From Squalus acanthias (Eukaryota), in the NCBI GenBank assembly GCA_030390025.1, contig CM059432.1:62932001-62996000 (forward strand): a stretch of 64,000 nucleotides of DNA, given 5' to 3'. The notes under the pieces are model-generated. The model was not told the origin of the DNA and ran no database searches. It saw nothing but the letters and a program-made list of their open reading frames with translations. Below are positions 60,720-64,000 of the stretch, one piece after another. Both the position numbers and the translations under genes were made by a program. How positions within the stretch are numbered: position 1 is the stretch's first letter; every line of letters begins with the position of its first letter.

Positions 60720-63555
60720 CTCTTCCTCTTCCTAGCACTTCTACGTGGTGCAACCCCTATGGCTTCAACAGAAGTAGAGGCAGGCTGCTCAGATCCCTGC
60801 TCTGACTGCTGAGATGCTCTTGGTGGATGTCCCCTGGGTTTTGGAGCCCTTGAGGGCCTCGGCAAAGACTACTCCACCTGCACCTGTGCAGGGGCAGACT
60901 CGGCCATCGGGACACGAGGCAGCTTGTGGGGCTCTGACTGAGGGGGTGCGGGTGGCAATGGGTGAGACGTGGAAGCGCTTTGAGCAGAGTCCCCACTTCC
61001 ATGTCCCCTTTCACCATTATCTCTTTCATCGCTCACACGCACATCCCTGCTCGCAATGAGCTGGAGAACACTTTGCTGCAGATCAGTAGGGCGATGAATG
61101 GCCAAGGCTAGAGTATCAGTCATCCCATTCATAGTGTCCAAGCCATTGGTGAAGGCCTGCATGCACTCGTTTGATTGCCGTGTTTGATGCTCCGTGCAGG
61201 TGGCCACTCTTTCCATGGACGAAGACATCATCGCAAAGGCCTGCGACAACATGCCACTCATGCTTGAGACTGACTCCTCCAATCTCTCTGCAAGCATGCA
61301 TAGTGCGGCTGGCACACCTGATGTACATCGCACATTCTTTGTTGCTGCTCCAGAAGTACTTTTTCGTCGACGGCCCCCGAGGTTCAGCTTCTGCATCCAG
61401 CTGAGCAGAGCTTGGAGCGTCCTACGGCCTCCAACGCAGACTCTCCACTGCTGTCCCTGTCCACCATCTGCTCTGGCTCACTTGTGATGTGTGAGTCACC
61501 AGGTGAAAACCCAACTATCTGCCTTACTGTCCCACCGAAGTGTGAGTATCTGAGCTGGTGCAAAATCTGCTTGAGGCCTGTGACGGTGCACCCTCAGAGC
61601 GAGTGACCTCCTCTGAGGAGTCAGCATCGTCCCCCTGGACCACCTCTTGCGGGACGCTTGAAGGCCATGTGGGAGATTAAAGACATGAATTAGAACTGTC
61701 AAGGTAAGACTGTTTTAAGCAATCATTATGTAAATGATCATTCATCCCACTTAAGGTGGGTTTCATAGTGTGGCATTCCAAGGCCTGCATGCTCTCTTAG
61801 GTTGCTGCTACTAGGTCCCTTGCTTTTTGTGGTATATATCAATGATTTAGACTTCAATGTAGGGGGCATGATTAAGAAGATGATACAAAAATTGGCCGTG
61901 TGGTTGATAGTGAGAAGAAAGCTGTAGACTGCAGGATGATATCAATGGACTGTTCAGGTGGGCAGAAAAGTGTCAAATGGAATTCAATCCAGAGAAGTGT
62001 GAGCGAATGCATTTGGGAGGGCAAACAAGGCAAGGGAATACGCAATAAATGGTAGGATACTGAGAAGTGTAGAGGAACAGAGGGACCTTGGAGTGCATGT
62101 TCACAGATCCCTGAAGGTAGCAGGACAGGTAGATAAGATGGTGAAGAAGGCATACGGGATACTTTCCTTTAATAGCCAAGGTATAGAATATAAGGACAGG
62201 GAGGTTGTGCTAGAACCGTATTAAACACTAGTTAGGCCACTGCTAGAGTACTGCATACAGTTCTGGTCACCACATTACAGGAAAGATGTGATTGCACTAG
62301 AGAGGGTACAGAGGAGATTTACGAGGATTTTGCCAGGAATGGAGAATTTTAGCTATGAGGAAAGATTAGATAGGCTGGGATTGTTTTCTTTGGCACAGAG
62401 GAGGCTGAGGGGAGATTTAATTGAGGTGGCCTAGATAGAGTGGATAGGAAGGACCTATTTCCCTTAGCAGAGAGGGGGCATAGATTTAAATTAATTGGTA
62501 GACAGATTAGAGGGGAGTTGAGGAGGACTTTTTTCACCCAGAGGGTGGTGGGGGTCTGGAACTCACTGCCTGAAAGGGTGGTAGAGGCAGAAACCCTTAT
62601 TGCATTTAAAAAGTACTTGGATATGCACTTGAAGTGCTGTAATCTACAAGGCTATGGACCAGGAGCTTGAAAGTGGGATTAGGCTGGATAGCTCTTATTC
62701 GGCCGGCGTGGACACGATGGACTGAATGGCCTCCTTCTGTGCCGTAAATTTCTATGATTCTATGATCATATTTCACTCACTGCTGACATCAAGTCAACAT
62801 GAGTGAGTGTTGTATGCCACGTGGCTGTCTGATATTTAATTCTGTCACCAGGTAGCTGGGAGGCCCCCATCTCCCCATCTCTAACAGCCAGGCAAGCCAA
62901 GACTCCACTGATGTCCAGCGCCTTCTGCTCTGCAGCTGTCAGTTGCGAGATGGCTGGAGGGCCATCTCCACTTCTCTGCCTCTCCCTCGTGTTCTGTGCT
63001 CTCTTCTCCTGCAAGGAAGGTAATAAGTGACCTATGAGTGAGAGTAATGGCATGTATTGAATGGATGGATGGAGAGCATTTGTTGAAGGTGACCTTGAGG
63101 GAGAGGCATGATATTGCATAAGGATGAGGGTGAGTGTCAGTGGTGGATGAACAGATGGGGATGTGAGGAAGTGTATAGACAGAGAGGGCTAGGTGCATCA
63201 GCAAGGTAAGTTGGTGGGAGGAATGATGTGCTGGAGTAGGCTTGAGAAGGCAGAGTGAGGGGGTTTGGGTGATACGCACTTCAGGATCTAGGTGAATGTG
63301 CCACTGTACGCACCTTTCTTGCCCTGCTTAGGTCATTAAACCGCATTTGGCATTGAATCCATAGGTGTGGCACCACGCTCCTGCTGTTGACCTCATTGGC
63401 AACCTCCAGCCATGCCTTCTTTGCTTCACCCCTGCAGGCTTTTTCCTCCCGTCAGTAGGGAAGATTATCTCCCTGCGGGCCCTTACAGCCCCCAGCAGCG
63501 TATCCAGGGAGACGCCACTAAAACGAGGCACAGCCTTTGAATGTCTGGACTCCAT
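60720..63555 (-). pseudogene. Harbinger E three-exon Myb/SANT-like gene (exons 63555-63314, 63008-62849, about 61660-60720); element end near 63833
   Basis: MESRHSKAVPRFSGVSLDTLLGAVRARREIIFPTDGRKK; CTTGCAG|EKRAQNTRERQRSGDGPP..QLTAAEQKALDI; TIR-like TTAAAATCCAGACCC. Confidence 0.82.
61742..62761 (+). mobile_element. CR1 LINE 3' fragment in Myb intron 2
   Basis: LGPLLFVVYINDLD...FFTQRVVGVWNSLPERVVEA; (TTCTATGA)n tail; candidate TSD ATGATCAT (61734-41 / 62762-69). Confidence 0.9.
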
Positions 63556-64000
63556 TCTGCCAATTCCTTCTGTTGGGCTGCCAACTCCAAACCCCATCAA
63601 ATTGCACACTTGGCATGTCCCTTTAAATACTGGAGTTGAAATTGCCACATGCAGGTCAGCATCACGCCTGCTGATGCTAATTAGTCGGGAAACCCGGAAA
63701 TCATATGGCAGTGCAGTGGCTGGGTTAAAAAGCCACTGATAAATTACTTCTGGGTTTCCCACATGCTACCGGACTCCGCCCTGCCCCCCCCCCCCCCAGC
63801 TCCCAGCATGTCGCGAAGTTAAAATCCAGACCCCTGTGTCTCAATGAACTAGGGTTGAGGAGGGAGAGGACTGCCTCCAATGTGACTCTGATAATCCGAT
63901 AAATAATTTTAATACAACCTAATGGTCAGATTTAGCAATAGAGAGTTCAAATATATATCCACAATAGTCAGTAATTTCTCTGCAAGAAATGAGGGAAAAT

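Overview
Eukaryotic, gene-poor genomic DNA, most likely from a cartilaginous fish (shark); this is inferred from the repeat families (Deu-domain SacSINE1/AmnSINE1-type SINEs, CR1 with (TTCTATG)n tails, L2, RTE, Penelope). No intact host protein-coding gene and no prokaryotic feature (CRISPR, operon, rRNA) could be supported. Over half the window is transposable elements, often nested. It holds at least five two-gene PIF/Harbinger elements or remnants (DDE transposase plus a convergent three-exon Myb/SANT-like gene) and many Harbinger MITEs with 3-bp TSDs. There are also two hAT MITEs with 8-bp TSDs, three solo LTRs with 4-bp TSDs, CR1/L2/RTE LINE fragments, and a near-intact Penelope-like retroelement (RT + GIY-YIG, two nonsense mutations). 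Most notable: (i) minimal hammerhead ribozyme motifs in Penelope termini, including a TSD-flanked 219-bp insertion that is a perfect 93+1+93-bp palindrome with a hammerhead on each strand (45329-45547); (ii) a five-level nest SINE>SINE>Harbinger>CR1>(Harbinger, L2) at 18.5-30.7 kb; (iii) a solo LTR split by a Penelope and a MITE; (iv) an unexplained old local duplication (about 17.8 kb vs 32.3 kb). All calls were made by eye, without database searches.
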